Shown here: piece by piece, positions 40,388 to 55,646 of the stretch
Layout: each line of letters starts with the position of its first letter
Numbering within the stretch: position 1 is the stretch's first letter
Source of the DNA: Octopus vulgaris
Taxonomy: Eukaryota
NCBI GenBank assembly: GCA_951406725.2
Contig: OX597820.1
Span: forward strand, 118,978,001-119,042,000
DNA length: 64,000 nt
Direction of reading: 5' to 3'
The notes under the pieces: generated by a model
Databases searched by the model: none
What the model was told of the DNA's origin: nothing
The model's input: the letters and a program-made list of their open reading frames with translations, nothing else
Translations under genes and position numbers: made by a program

Positions 40388-40743
40388 GCGCAATGACCCA
40401 GTGGTTAGGGCAGCGGACTCGCAGTCGAAGGATCGTGTGTTAAGATTATTTATTGAGCGAAAACACCTAAAGCTCCACGAGGTTCCGACAGGGTGTGGTA
40501 GCGAACCCTGCTGTACTCTTTCACCACAACTTTCTCTCACTCTTACTTCTTGTTTCTGTTGTGCCTGTAATTCAAGGGACCAGCCTTTTCACACTCTGTG
40601 TCACGCTGAATCACCCCGAGAACTACGTTAAGGGTACACGTTCTTTTGAGAGTTCAGCCACTTGCACGTTAATTTTACGAGCAGGCTGTTCTGTTGATCG
40701 GATTAGCTGGAAACCTCGTCGTCGTAGCCGACGGAGTGCCACG
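40386..40743 (+). mobile_element. SINE family C, tail variant 3
   Basis: AGGCGCAATGACCCAGTGGTTAGGGCAGCGGACTCGC head; tail CCTCGTCGTCGTAGCCGACGGAGTGCCAC. Confidence 0.9.
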
Positions 40744-40831
40744 ATGTATATATACATAGTAGTGGCCACAATAATATATGTATGTATACATTCATATATA
40801 TATATATGAATGTATACATATATATGTATGA

Positions 40832-40919
<88 letters not shown>

Positions 40920-41049
40920 CCTACATAGTAAATTTATTTATTGGCTTTATACGGATATGCAAAAATTATCTAAATCCCTCATACGTAGCTACACAGACAA
41001 CTTTCGGTCTGAACTGATCCAGGTCATGACTAAGTTAATGCTTCATATT

Positions 41050-41780
41050 ACAGTGACTCTTTCGGCACCACAGCCTGTTCGAATAAAGAGTTGTTGTTTG
41101 CCGAGATATATCCGGGTGTAGGTGGTTTATCTAGAACTTGTTAGAAATATTCGTGCAGGAACTGTTTCAATGTTATAAGAGATTTTTAGTGTCTTATGTG
41201 TTCTGGCATGCTGCTAAAGAGAGCAGGGCCAGTTGAGGCAAATTAGCTGTATTTGTGTTGTGATATGATGCGAGCATGCATTTTATATAGAACGGAGAGT
41301 ACGGATGCAAAGAATTAGGTGAATTTTAAAGTTTATGCCAACATGTTTGGATAAGGCTTTTGAAATATTTTTTATGTCATACAGAATGCATAGCACTCAC
41401 GGCAGCGTTGGAAGGCATAAAGTTTCTGGAAATGGTCCCAATAATCAAGTTCTCTCATGTCACCAATTCTTTTCGCCCTCAAACCTTTGGTTGCTTCGAT
41501 TTTTATAAACCATTGTTCACGCAGGGAGACCACAGCAGACAACAGTATTCTATGTAAGAATGGGTAAAGGTGGAGATGGGAAGGATAATGCTAGGTCGTG
41601 ACAATTCAGGCGCGTGCACTGTGGGCCGTATCGGCCTTGTTGTTTATGTAGGTACTCCAGCTTAAGCTGTTGTTGACAGTTACTACCTGTGTTCGATGTC
41701 ACATGTTTTCACTCGAGGGAAGAGTATATATTAGCTGGAGTGCAATATCTTTACCAAAGCAGATTAATATTTTATGTATC
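41050..41780 (-). pseudogene. Degenerate CR1-like LINE 3' fragment
   Basis: Nucleotide similarity to the 8541-9290 fragment (TATCGGCCTTGTTGTTTATG...TTGTTGACA versus TATCGGCTTTATTGTTTATG...TTGTCAACA); heavily decayed. Confidence 0.55.
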
Positions 41781-42886
41781 ATATAATATTTTTGCAGAGA
41801 AATTTTACTCCCGGCATTATGGAAATTAATGTAAAGTTTTTTTAGTATCAGTTTCTCGGTCAAACGACAATTGTTATTTAAGGTATTATTGGCGATATAA
41901 TTGTTATTATACCAACAGTTAATATTAAAAATCATAATCGACAGTTGTTATTATTATAGGTATTCTTGTTTCTTTCTTAATAATATTTCAGTTCACATTT
42001 ATGGAGGAGCCTATTGTATTTTATTTTCTACTAGATTTTTGTTTTTATAACACATTTTCTTATGAAAAATATTTGATACTCAACTACAACTTATATATAT
42101 ATATATGTATGATGTATGTATATATATATAAGATGGCTGCCATCACTCTGTGTATTTTCATATTAATAATAACCATTTTATGTTTTACACCGATATTTTT
42201 TACATTATTACACCATTGTATTTGTCGCCGTTCGTTATTTTTATGTTTGGCAAACGTTCCGGTCGTCATATATTTTTATTATACGTTTTATCTTTTCAAG
42301 TGTATTTCATTGTGTTGTACATTCCGATTTCTGTAACATGATATAAATACACACACACAACATACACGTACACACACACTCACATACATACACAGATGTG
42401 ATAAGTTTTGCAGACGGAACATTTCAAGCGATAACACAAAACGATTTATTCAAGGAATTCTAATGCAAAAGATAAACTATAAACGTAACTCACCACTTAC
42501 TTACACTTGTGAATATCAATAAAATGAAACTGCTTAACAGAGGAAATTATAAAATTATATTTATCCATTTATTATTTCATGCATAATAGTCTCTAAATAC
42601 ATACCTACATCCATATATAAATGCATGTATATATATATTCGTGTGTCTGTGTTTGTGTGTATCTGCGCGCGTTAGAATGTTTTTGCTAAGATGTAACATT
42701 CTGATATATGAGGAGAATGTGACTAAAACATTGTCAAAATCTACGGAGACATATTCATGGATAAGTAGAGAGACAATTGAATTGCAAATGGTAGAATTTC
42801 ATTCATCTCATCGATTTCGTACAATATATTTCAATACCTAATACATAGGTATATATGTATATATGTATACATACATACATATATAC

Positions 42887-42978
<92 letters not shown>

Positions 42979-43057
42979 GTATATATATGTATGTATATAT
43001 GTGTATGTATATCTATATCTATATCTATATCTATTTATCTGTCTATCTATCTACCTG

Positions 43058-43104
<47 letters not shown>

Positions 43105-43145
43105 GTCTCTGTCTGTCTATCTATCATCTATCTATCTATCTATCA

Positions 43146-43211
<66 letters not shown>

Positions 43212-43511
43212 GTATATATATAGAGAGAGAGTGAGAGATATTCATGTATGTGCATATGTGTCTCTGTCTGTCTTTGCCTGTGTGTGCCTGTGTGTGAATA
43301 TGCTGCGGCACTTAGTGGAGAAGCTGTTTAAGCATTGTAAGGCCGTTATTCTTTTTCATTTGAAAGACGAAGTTTTGAAGATGATTAGTTTCAAAGCAAT
43401 TTGTGCCAATTTATTCGTTACAGAGTTGCGTAAATAGATGTAGTTTTCTCACACAAAAGAAATACAAATCTATAAATTCTCTAAAAGGGCATTGTTATTT
43501 CTCTCACTCTA

Positions 43512-43680
<169 letters not shown>

Positions 43681-44177
43681 TATTGTTGCATTGGGAACCC
43701 AAGAACGGCAGCGTATTTTGAATTGAAGTGTGAGAGAAGGAGTCTTCCACTTCAGTAAACCTCTCGCTAAATGTTGTTGCAATTTTTCTAAGTGTTTTAG
43801 CTTCAGTGAAATTTGTGAATATCTACTGCAAAAATGCTTCTTTCTTATTTAATCATGTGTCATTACTTCAACCTTTACCGAAAGACCAGTTTGTAAAACA
43901 TATATTCACACCCTAAACAATCCCTGGAACCACTTGCAACAGAGGTACTTCACGTTTCTATGGCTTTTGTCTGATTTCATAATTTCTTTGTCATTCTCAC
44001 ACAATAAACGCGAATGGATAAACACATATTTCCAATATTCTAACAAGGAAACAAACACAGAATCACACACACAAAGACAATCACACACACACACATATTT
44101 CTTTACTTATAACACACACGTTTGAATTCATATAGTGGTTATTTATATATGTATATATACACATATATATATATAGG

Positions 44178-44208
<31 letters not shown>

Positions 44209-44396
44209 GTATATATACATCTATATATTATATGCATTCATAAGTATATATGTATCTATATCAATCTCTCTCTCTTTCTCTCTTTCTATCAATCTATCTG
44301 CCTATCTATATAACTATCTATCTATCTATCAATCTGTTTATCTATCTACACACACACATATATATATATGCATATATATACATACTACACAAATAC

Positions 44397-44443
<47 letters not shown>

Positions 44444-45214
44444 TGTAGGTGATATTTATGTATATATAAGCATGCTTATGAATATATATATATATAAAGA
44501 GAGAGAGAGGTGGAGACTGATATATGCATATGGGGAATAAGAGAGAGAACTGCAGTGATCTACCCTTTTTCACGTCTTATGTCCGGTATCTCTATTCGGC
44601 ATTTACATCGAAATAAGAATTGTTCAGACAGATTTACGAAGTATAATGTAAACACAAACGCCTTCAAACAATGTCACCGACGGTAGACTGCAAATTAAGT
44701 GCACATTGTGTTGTAAAACTGTAATATCCATATTTTTACACGAATGCTAAATGAATTGTATTTTCACACAAAGAAGCTACGTAAAGTTTATTAAGTGACA
44801 TTGATATTATCGTTAATGGCTACTTTGAGTCAGGTATGTTGCTAATGTTATATGTTCGTCTCAAAGAAACCGCGCTAACATACACATATCCTTGTCTAAG
44901 AACATATTAATAATGCTAAATACAAACATTTACGCACTTCATAATGACTCTCGAAATTATCTGAGATATATTTTGCCTGACTGAACTCATATATTATAAT
45001 AAAAAGAATTGAAAAAATCCATTAGAAAAATACCGAACACACGTTCCATTCCTGATGTGCAACGACATATCTTACTCTTACTAGAACTCACAGAGTTCTA
45101 TAGAGATACGCCTTAAAGACTTGAATAAAAGAGGTTGTCCTTGGCAGTTTTTGTGCGGCACTATTTGTCTCGAGACAGACAGACAACAACAATAAGCACA
45201 TCAACGAAGTAATT

Positions 45215-45341
<127 letters not shown>

Positions 45342-45758
45342 ATTTATAATTATACGTACATATACACAGACAGACATATGTATATGTTTTTTTTATATAT
45401 GTACGAGTGTTTGTGGCGTGTATGTGTGTTTGTGTATACACAAAAGAAATGAAGAGAATTTCAATTGAATTTCCCGAAGAATAAAGCGAAACTCCTTCCA
45501 TTAAAATGAACTTGTCACTACATTTCCTTTCGCTCTTCAGTTCCAATGGAGCAGAACGTTTAAGTAATTATTAGAAAGTTTTTAATATCTTAGATATCTA
45601 CATATCTCTCTCACTAGCTACCTATCTATCTCTCCTTTTGTATATAAACATACACTCGCATCCACACACACAGATGCAAACAGAAACACACACATATGTC
45701 TTTGTGTGCGTGGTTTCTGTCTAACTCTCTCTGTATATATGTATATGTATATTTATGT

Positions 45759-45835
<77 letters not shown>

Positions 45836-45860
45836 CATGTATGTATGTATGTATACATAA

Positions 45861-45906
<46 letters not shown>

Positions 45907-45936
45907 GTATGTATATATATGTATATTTATGTATAC

Positions 45937-46005
<69 letters not shown>

Positions 46006-46619
46006 TACACATATACATGGCTGTTAGCATTGTGTACATATGTGTGTGCATGTACTTACGTTTCTGTACGTATATGTATGTAACTCCATGCAAGCAGACC
46101 TAACTCTCTTACATACATACATACATATATATACATACATATATACACAATGTTTATTTTGTTTACAATTGGTGTTTGTGCGTCACGCTGTTTAAAATAC
46201 AATTTCCGCTTATTAATTCTTTTGTTGTAGCAAATAAAAATGCAAAAAATATAACAAAAGAAGTGAAAATGTTTTGAAAGAAACATTCTGTTTCCAAAAT
46301 CTATTGATATTAATGTTCTTATTTAATTTTGTATTTCAGATATATGCCTATTGTTTGACTCAAGTTAGACGTGGTTAACATAACACATTTTAATATACAT
46401 TCTCGGATCTAACTCGGTCGAAGTCCACCTCGTGTATACCATCATTGACGAAAACTAATGCGCTGGATGTTGCGACCCACAGTGCCGCAGAATGGGAATC
46501 TGCTGCAGTGGAGGCACAATTTAAGGACAACACAAAGCCATAGGAAAGTATAAAGGTTAACTGCAAAATATAAATACAGGCGAATAAAATACTTCTCGGG
46601 ATTTATATATATATATATA

Positions 46620-46661
46620 TGTAAGTATGTATGTATGTATGTATGTATGTATGTATGTATG

Positions 46662-46692
<31 letters not shown>

Positions 46693-47440
46693 GTACGTAC
46701 GCATATATGAATAAATATATGTAAGTACGTTCGCATTTATGTATGTATGTATGCATGTATGTATGTATCGATGGATGTATGTGTGCATGTATGTATGTAT
46801 GCATTATGCGTATGTATGTATGCATGTGTGCATGTAAGTAGTATGTATGTATGTATGCATGTATGTATGTATGTATTCATGTATGTATGTATGTATTTAT
46901 GTATGTATATGTATGTATGCATGTATGTAAGTACGTAAGCATGTATGTATGTATGCATGTATGCGTGCATGTATGTATGCATGTATGTGTGTATGTATGT
47001 ATATAAGTAGTAAGCATGTATGTATGCATGTATGTATGTATGTATGTGTGTATGTATGTATGTATGTATATGTATGTATGTGCATATATATGTATATATG
47101 TATTTATTTATGTATGTATGTATGTATGTAAGTACGTAAGCATGGATGTATGTATGCATGTATGCATGTATGTATGTACGCATGTATGTATGTCTGTATG
47201 CATGCATATATATATATAAGTACGTATGCATGTATGTGTGCATGTATGTATGTATGTAAGCATGTAAGCATGTATGTATGTATGCATGCATGTATGCATG
47301 TATGTATGTATGTATGTATGTTCGCATGTATGTATGTGTGTATGCATGCATATATATAAGTACGTATATATGTGTGTATGTATGTATGTACGTACGTACG
47401 TAGATATGTATGTATATATGCATGCATGCATATATGTATC
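46620..47440. repeat. Degenerate (TATG/CATG)n microsatellite
   Basis: Direct inspection. Confidence 0.95.
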
Positions 47441-47495
47441 AATCTATATATTTCTATCGCTCTGTCTGCCTGTCAGCCACATCATCTAATATATA

Positions 47496-48341
47496 CAGGG
47501 TGCGATGAGTAAATTACCTCCATTTTATATTTTTTATCTTGTGTATTATTTGTTTTTCGATTTTGTCGACTACACAGTATAATAGGGTCAGTTGGGCACC
47601 GTCTGTGAGAAAAACAGCACCATGACGCAATTCACTCTACTCGAAACGTGGAAACCACCATGTGGTATTTTTTAGCATTCGCGCCGGAAGCTCAAATACG
47701 AACATAAAATGCCTGGATGTCAATATGAGGACAATTACCGAGAGTGATAAAATGACGCATCCTGTGAATATGATGGTGTTTGGAGTGATCACTAGTGATT
47801 GCGATGTTATGTCTTCATTCATCTTCATACACGGTCTCAGACTCAGCACGGAGGCCTACGACAACTGCCTGCAGGAGGTTGTGCTGTCTTGGGTCAAGAA
47901 GGTGGCTGCTAGGAGATCCTATGTCTGTTAACAGGACACAGCACCATGCCACACAAGCAGGACAACCCAGTGATGGCTGTCAGACAATTTCTGCGACCAA
48001 CACCACGCCTAACATCTGGCAACCTATCTCTCCAAACTGTAACCCCTTTGATTATTCTGTGTGGGGCGCAGCTGAGCGAGAGACCAAACAAAATTTCTTG
48101 TAACACCAAAGATGAACTGAAGGCAAGGATTACGGCAGCATTCACCAAATTAAACAAGGAGACCAACCAGAAGAATTGCAGGCTATTCCGAAGTCATCTG
48201 GAGGCCGTGGTTGAAGTCAATATCTTTAGTATTTCAAGATATTTTGATGTAACTATGGCAAAAATATATCTGTTAAAATGAGAGGTCAGTGTTATTTTCA
48301 TTTTCCCGTAAATTAAACGACAGTTTATTCACCGCACCCTG
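47496..48341 (+). mobile_element. Internally deleted Tc1/mariner of DD37D (maT) type with both TIRs and TA TSD
   Basis: TIRs CAGGGTGCGATGAGTAAA / TTTATTCACCGCACCCTG flanked by TA; remnants HPVNMMVFGVITSD, QDTAPCH, W.P.SPNCNPFDYSVWG. Confidence 0.88.
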
Positions 48342-48635
48342 TATATGTATATCAATACATATCTAAAGCATTCTCTTTGTCTTTCGGTCTCTCTTTCTGT
48401 CTCTCACTCTCTCTAAATATATATATATATGTGTGTGTGTGTTTGTGTATATATGTGTCTGTGTGTATATGTGTCTGTGTGTATATGTGTCTGTGTGTAT
48501 ATGTGTCTGTGTGTATATATATATATATAATTATCAATAATAATATAGGGTGAAATTAATTAATTTGAAATAATCATTAATTTCACCAAGTAGATTTCGG
48601 CATGTAAAAGCCCCATTCAAGGAAGGTTTAAGTAA

Positions 48636-48712
48636 TACTAAATAATTAAGGGTTTAGCAACGATTTGGTGTGTGGTGAGGCAAATCGTTGCTAAACCCTT
48701 AATTACTTAGTA
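48636..48712. repeat. Near-perfect 32-bp-stem hairpin
   Basis: TACTAAATAATTAAGGGTTTAGCAACGATTTG-13nt-CAAATCGTTGCTAAACCCTTAATTACTTAGTA. Confidence 0.9.
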
Positions 48713-49029
48713 TACATATATATATATATATTATATATACCTACATACAAATATATATACCTTTACATACATACACACACACATCCGTCCATCCATTCAT
48801 ACATACATGCACACACACACGCACACACACACACACACACACTCACACACACACACAGAGTTTAGTATTATGCATAAAAAAGCAAAAAAGAGACAGGAGA
48901 CATACACGGGTACAGGAGTGACATACAGGTTGTATGAGGTTGCCCCTCAGGGAAAATGGAAGAGGTGTATGACGTTTCGGGACCTAGCTCTACCACAGAA
49001 AGCAATGTCATCAAATACAATTGATATTT

Positions 49030-49740
49030 GAATAAAATATGATTTTTCAATTTCTTTCTAATTGTTCTTGCATAATTGCAGGATATATTGGTTGATGATT
49101 TTTCACTCTTACCTATTCTTAATTACATCTAGTTGGTTCCGTCTGGTTTATGAGTTTTTACCAGTTTGGTGTATAATACATTCTAGTAAGCATTGTTGTT
49201 CAAAGACCGCAGAATCCTTCATTTCTGAAATTGCAATTGTCTTCACCAGATAACGATATATCTGTGTACATTTTTCTTCGACGTTTTAAAATCTTATATT
49301 TCCAATACTCATAGTTCTGCTTATGTTAACTTTGATGCGTCGGCTGATGTATAGTTTTGAAGAATTGTGCCTGCTTCTGTGAGGGATAGATTACTGAATA
49401 ACTGATTGAGCCAAGTTATATACCACCAACTATGCGTATAATTATTGTTGCCTAACGGTTTATGCTGTTTCTGTGAAACCATTCTTTCCAATTGCATTAT
49501 TACAGTAATTCAACATCGTTCAAGGCTGATTTCACTGATATTATTGCACGAAATTCTTTTATTCACGTAAATAACATAAAATTTTGGATATGAAGGAGTG
49601 AACTAGTTGTTGCATATTAACTTTCCTATCTGTATCGTATGGAATAAATAAACATTTCTCTCTTGGCCTAAATGGTACCTAAGAAAAAACCGAGCTACGT
49701 TTTACATTTAAAATTCAAGTTATGGTATTACAATTATTTC
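49030..49740 (-). pseudogene. Possible highly decayed Penelope-like RT
   Basis: Broken minus-strand pieces (Y..VGGI*LGS..SNLSLTE, HKPDGT) resemble PLE RT motif B and thumb. Confidence 0.4.
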
Positions 49741-50131
49741 TTCATTACGGTCATTCAGCAAAATTTTGGTCAGAGCCATCATGAATATGAGTATAAATGC
49801 TTGTGTAATATTACAACAAATTACATGTGATCAATATTCATCCGATGGAATATGTAGAATTCCACAAATATTTATATTTATGGTGCATCTACAGCAGGAA
49901 TTGTTGAAACTACCGCAAAGATGGAATAAATGTAATGTTTATAAATATTTCTTTCAAAATTACTATATTATGTCCGTAAGTAATAAATTACCCCTGGAAT
50001 TTCAGTTACCATGGAAGTTTTTCTGTAAGCAACTCTGCCCAAGCTTATGCACTCAGTTGCTATTCTCAGGAGAGCTCGGTGAAGATAAGATCGAACTGAT
50101 AAATCCTTTTGTATATGATTTATTCACACAT

Positions 50132-50163
<32 letters not shown>

Positions 50164-50200
50164 GTATACAGGCATATAGATATATATGTAAAATATATAT

Positions 50201-50236
<36 letters not shown>

Positions 50237-50238
<2 letters not shown>

Positions 50239-50417
50239 ACCAAGTACCTGATTCACAAAAGGGATAGGGATGCAAGGAAAGCAGTAAAATGTAACAACCG
50301 ATGCAGGCTTTGTGGCGTTCACACTGAAGATATCAACCTCATCATAAGCAGTTGTCCAAAAATGCCACCACAGTATTATCTGTTGATAAGACATGATGTT
50401 CTATCTAGAACACTGGA
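50237..50417 (+). pseudogene. R4/Dong-clade LINE fragment (CCHC finger and RHD motif)
   Basis: TKYLIHKRD...CRLCGVHTEDINLIISSCPKM...YYLLIRHDVL. Confidence 0.75.
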
Positions 50418-50508
50418 TAAAGTGATCGTCAAACTAATACACTTGCTTGTTATTCATACATCTGTCTTTTTTTCTATAAATTTCAACTATATGAATAAAT
50501 ACAAACAT

Positions 50509-50570
<62 letters not shown>

Positions 50571-50898
50571 GCACACAATCATACGTATAAAACAACGCAT
50601 GAAACCTACTGCAAACGTGGTTAAATACTGGTTGGGGGTATTCAACCAGGAAGCAAAATGACTAACTAGAATACTCTCTTGGATAGTTACACATTTTATC
50701 GAAGCGTAACAAGTATTTAAAAGCAAAAACTACCCACCACGTTTCGAACTCAACACATAAGAGTTTGAACAATTTATCCAATTTTCTATATTTTCACACA
50801 TTGAGCAATTCACATCTTCTAAAATCACTCTCATGTATATATATTCAGTTCATATGAATACTGAAGCTGGCTTGCAGAATCTATTTTTTTCCTCACGT

Positions 50899-51055
<157 letters not shown>

Positions 51056-51644
51056 CGATAAGTTCCTCTGTACGGAGTACAATTGTGTTGTATTTAGGAT
51101 GAACCTACGGGTTAACTGTAAGTTAGGAATGTAGTGTATAGCTTACGATGTATTGAGGAACGGTGCAGAAACGTAACAACTACCTACAATGGAGAGACTG
51201 CATGCAGCAGAGGAGAACGTACAGGTGAAATTGGCGGGAGCTCAATGAAGAGAAAAGCTCGCCGGTGCTCTACCAACATGCTCAAGTAGAACATGGAGGC
51301 TCGATTAATAGCATAGAGGTTAAAGTATTACCGACGCATAGAACTGACACTTCACTTAGATAGATGACACAGTAAAAAACACAAATAGAACAGTAACACC
51401 CGCCACCACACCACATAACTAACGAAAGAAGGGATGACGAGAAACGTAAAACAAAAAAACAAAAACATCGTAAATGATACACGGAAACATACAGGGTAAC
51501 ACACTATAGAGATAAATGTATAAAATAAATAAAGAAATAAATGTATAAATAGATAAATAAACAAATATGTAAATATTTTTATCACACGTCTGGGATCAAT
51601 TATAAGATACAGAGATAGATATAATAAATAAATTTATATATAGG

Positions 51645-51840
51645 GCTTGGATACATACAACATACGAAGCGAACCCTTACACAAAAACAAGAAATTTGAC
51701 GGACGGCCACAACGATGCCAACAAGAAGATTAACAATAACAACAGCAACTACTGTGATCGAACACAGATTCACAGAGGGATACATGAATTGTACCAAAGT
51801 TTCGGTTTTTAGGACAGCAACAGCACAATGGAGTGAGAGG
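51645..51840 (+). pseudogene. Penelope-like GIY-YIG remnant
   Basis: YIQHTKRTLTQK...TTVIEHRFTEGY...KVSVFRTA..WSER resembles YIGQT.R.L..R...SAV.EH....GH..D...V.VL. Confidence 0.5.
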
Positions 51841-52030
51841 ATGGGGCTGCTGGGGGGAAGGCCAAACTGCTGCTAGTAGCTATGACTTACACACAAGCAT
51901 AGACACCCACATACACACTTACGCAAACGCACACACAGACAAGGACACAAACGCATGCGCACATAATGACACATACCTTGGAAAAATAGAATGTAGTTAG
52001 TGGAGCAAGAACACACGCGAAAATGAAAAG

Positions 52031-52075
52031 TGTCGTCGAAGAGGTCACAGATGCGTGACGAAAGATTTCCGGACA
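52031..52075 (+). ncRNA. Degenerate hammerhead-like motif downstream of the GIY-YIG remnant
   Basis: TGTCG-TCGAAGA-G-GTCAC-AGATGC-GTGAC-GAAA-GATT-TC-CGGACA. Confidence 0.5.
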
Positions 52076-52198
52076 GTGGACATGAGTTAGAATAATAAGA
52101 ACAGAACAGTAATAAACGAGTGAAGAAAAATATGTATAGTGTGTGTGTTTATTTGGCCAAAAAAATGACCAGCCCGAAATACAACCATATATACATAC

Positions 52199-52255
<57 letters not shown>

Positions 52256-52303
52256 CGCACATACATATATGCAGAAATACATATGTATTTATATATATAT
52301 GTA

Positions 52304-52365
<62 letters not shown>

Positions 52366-52382
52366 TATATACATACATACAT

Positions 52383-52436
<54 letters not shown>

Positions 52437-53263
52437 GAACGCACACGCATACACACATATATGTAGTGAAAGGGAGAGAAACTGGTTGGGAGAGAGAGGG
52501 AGAGAGAGAGAGATGTGGGGCAAGAAAGAAAGAGAAAAAATACTTATATAGGCATCAAGATAAAGTGAGATGATATCACTTTTGAGATTCCATGTGTAAA
52601 ATGTGTGTTGGAGCGTAAAAGGACGGTATTCTCTTCTAATATGAGACGAAAGTACAGTCAACCCCTACCCCTGATATGTGTCAGTCAAGGTTTACTTTCA
52701 CGAAAATACAATAAATAGGGCCCAAAGGTGATCAGCAAACAACTCCTTTACAACAAACATTTAATGCTATACATCCTTTCTCTGCTTCACTCACTCTACC
52801 ATTTCTCTTTACGTTACATTTTGCCCCCAACAGTCACGATTGTTTTATTGAAAACTCGTAAAATCGCATAATATAAACGTGATACTTTCTTGCCTAGATG
52901 TCAGTTTGAGCGACAGATTCAGTATCGATATACTTTCAATGTCAAGATTTTAGAGCATAACAGCAACAGCAACAGGTATCAACGTCACAATGACCATCAA
53001 ACAACTGACTCTCTAAAATAATAAATGCTTGATTTTCGGGGATGTTTTTAAGTTTTATGGGTGAAAATGTTAAAATGTTTCCCAGCTCGTCTGAAGCAGT
53101 ATCTGCCTGTTTTCTCTCAACATGAATAATTCCAATACATCTTATCCACTCATTTCATACTACAGTTTCAAATTATTTGCTGTTCTTCCTCTATAAAGAA
53201 TACTCATATATGGTGTCATGTATTTATGTTTAATTACGACATAGATCGATCGATCAATCAATA

Positions 53264-53330
<67 letters not shown>

Positions 53331-53332
<2 letters not shown>

Positions 53333-53932
53333 GCGTGCTCTAAGGATGGAAGGTGTTGGAACCGCGAGAGAGGCCCGGGTGGTGGAGGCGCAGCAGGGCA
53401 ACAAAGCCACCATTCGGTCTCTGGTAGACGAACAAGGGCGCGAATTGCTGGAGCCCAGCAAGATGTGCGAGGCATTTCAGCGGCACTTTGCCCGACTGTA
53501 CGGGACGAGTGGCGAGCATGAACGCAGGGTGGACTTCAGTGCCTACGTGCACAGCCTGCCACGATTCTCGGCAAGAGAGGCAGAGTGCTGCGAGGGTGCC
53601 ATCACGGCGGCGGATGTGCGGGACGCAATGGCAGAATGCTCGAGAGACGAATCGCCGGGTTTTGATGGTCTGCCCTACGAGTTTTACGCCAGAGTTTTAC
53701 CAGAGTTTTACCAGAGTTTTACCAGAGTTGTATGCCAGACTTGTTTGGAGACGTCTTGGCAGCGGTATGCTTCAGCTGGCAGGAAAACAAGAGCATACCC
53801 GGTTTTGTGAGTCGAAGAGCCGTAACGCTACTGAAGAAAGATCCAAATAAGGGGGTCATTATAGATAACTTTAGGACAATCCCTCTGCTCAATGCAGACC
53901 TGAAAATTTTGACTAAGGTGCTAGCCAATGGA
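53331..53932 (+). pseudogene. Tx1/L1-clade LINE ORF2 internal fragment
   Basis: IRSLVDEQG...F..HFARLY...EGAIT...SPGFDGLPYEFY...LLKKD...NFRTIPLLNADLKILTKVLAN; frameshift at an 11-bp tandem repeat. Confidence 0.88.
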
Positions 53933-54567
53933 TGAAAGGGATATTAAAAACGGACCTAAATTATCCCACGTGTGTTGGAGTCTTCAGCCATAATTATATA
54001 GCGTGTTCTTTTCTCTCTCTCTCTGAGGGAAATTTAACTATTCTTCTTCTTCTTCTTCTTGAGTTTCATGCTGTTCATATTGGCAATAAATGAGATGGAC
54101 GTGGAGAGTTTCTGCGTCCATCTTTATCAACATAGTTCGGCAAATGCCAGTGGGGGTGACGGTGGGGATGCTGTCGCAGTAACGGCGCCGTCACTATCGC
54201 AAAGTATGAAATTGGAGAGAAACTCGTAGCGTTGCCATTGTTTCATTGGAGAGAAATTGTTAAATTTCCTCTCGTGTATTTCTGCTCTTCTATTCTTTTG
54301 TCCGCCTCTTTCGTTAGTTTAATAAATTAACAAACGACACAATTTTTAAATGGAAATGTTTTAATCGAATAAGTTTTGAAAACCAAACAATTCAGTCACA
54401 CCTCCAAAGGATGCAGGAATGATCGGATGCCGCCACCATCTGCGTAACTTTCCAAGTTTGTTTCAAAACCATGTTAATATTAAAGAAAACCAAGTGAATG
54501 GCCAGATTGGACAACGAATAAGTCGTGTGTATGGATCGATAATGATTAGTGACTTGCTTTTCAGTCA

Positions 54568-54884
54568 CGATGACGATGATGATGATGAGGAGGAGGGTGA
54601 GGAGGATGAGGAGGGTGAGGAGGATGAGGATGATGATGATGATGATGCTGACGACGGCGACGAGGACGACGACGATGATGATAATGATGATGATGATGAC
54701 GATGATGATGTTGATGATGATGATGACGACGATGAAGACGATGATAATGACGATGGCGACGATGATGATGTTGATGATGATGATGATACTGACGACGGCG
54801 ACGAATATGATGATGATGATGATGATGATGTTGATGATATTGATGATGATCATGATGATAATGATGATGACGATGGCGACGATG

Positions 54885-54941
<57 letters not shown>

Positions 54942-54955
54942 TGGTGATGGTGATG
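54568..54955. repeat. (GAT/GAC/GAG)n trinucleotide tract
   Basis: Direct inspection. Confidence 0.95.
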
Positions 54956-55603
54956 AGAGGGAAGGGTAGTGTCTGTTAATAACGGTCATGGTGATGATAT
55001 TGAAAATGACGCAATAAAGCCATTATATCAAATAATATTAAATTTTTTTTCTCTCTCAATTTATTTGAATTATTCATCATAAAAATAATTGCATCACATT
55101 TCGGATATTTTCATTCTCATCAGTTTATTACAGTCTTTATAAGTTTTGTCTTTATTTGTGTTTGTCATACAATAACCACAGTTTCCATTACAATAGATAA
55201 ATACTAATTTTAAACATTAGTACGGAAGGCTTGAAATCTATGTTAATAGATCAATCCTGAAAACTCTACAATTACTTGTGTATTCCTTTATTTGTTGAGA
55301 GTCTCCTATATTTTCTGTTGATTATGGCTCACTCGCATGTGGATTGATTGAATTCTGAAGTGAATTCCTTTTGTTTGTATACACATTCATTGATTACAAT
55401 CGCTCATTTGATTATATGTTCAATTATATTTCTTCGTTAGCTCTATTGATTTTTCTCTGCATATATATTAATTAATCATTTGTTTTCCTATGCTCATTTT
55501 AGAGTAATGCTTTTACCAACCGATAACTCAATTAATATATGAACAAATATATAAATTAGTTAATAAATGAACAAATAAAAGTAATGTATATATGCGTATA
55601 TAT

Positions 55604-55646
<43 letters not shown>

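Noticed and set aside
54419-54989. Poly-Asp, poly-His and poly-Met ORFs
   Set aside because: A (GAT)n tract that is open in several frames; no splice or domain evidence.
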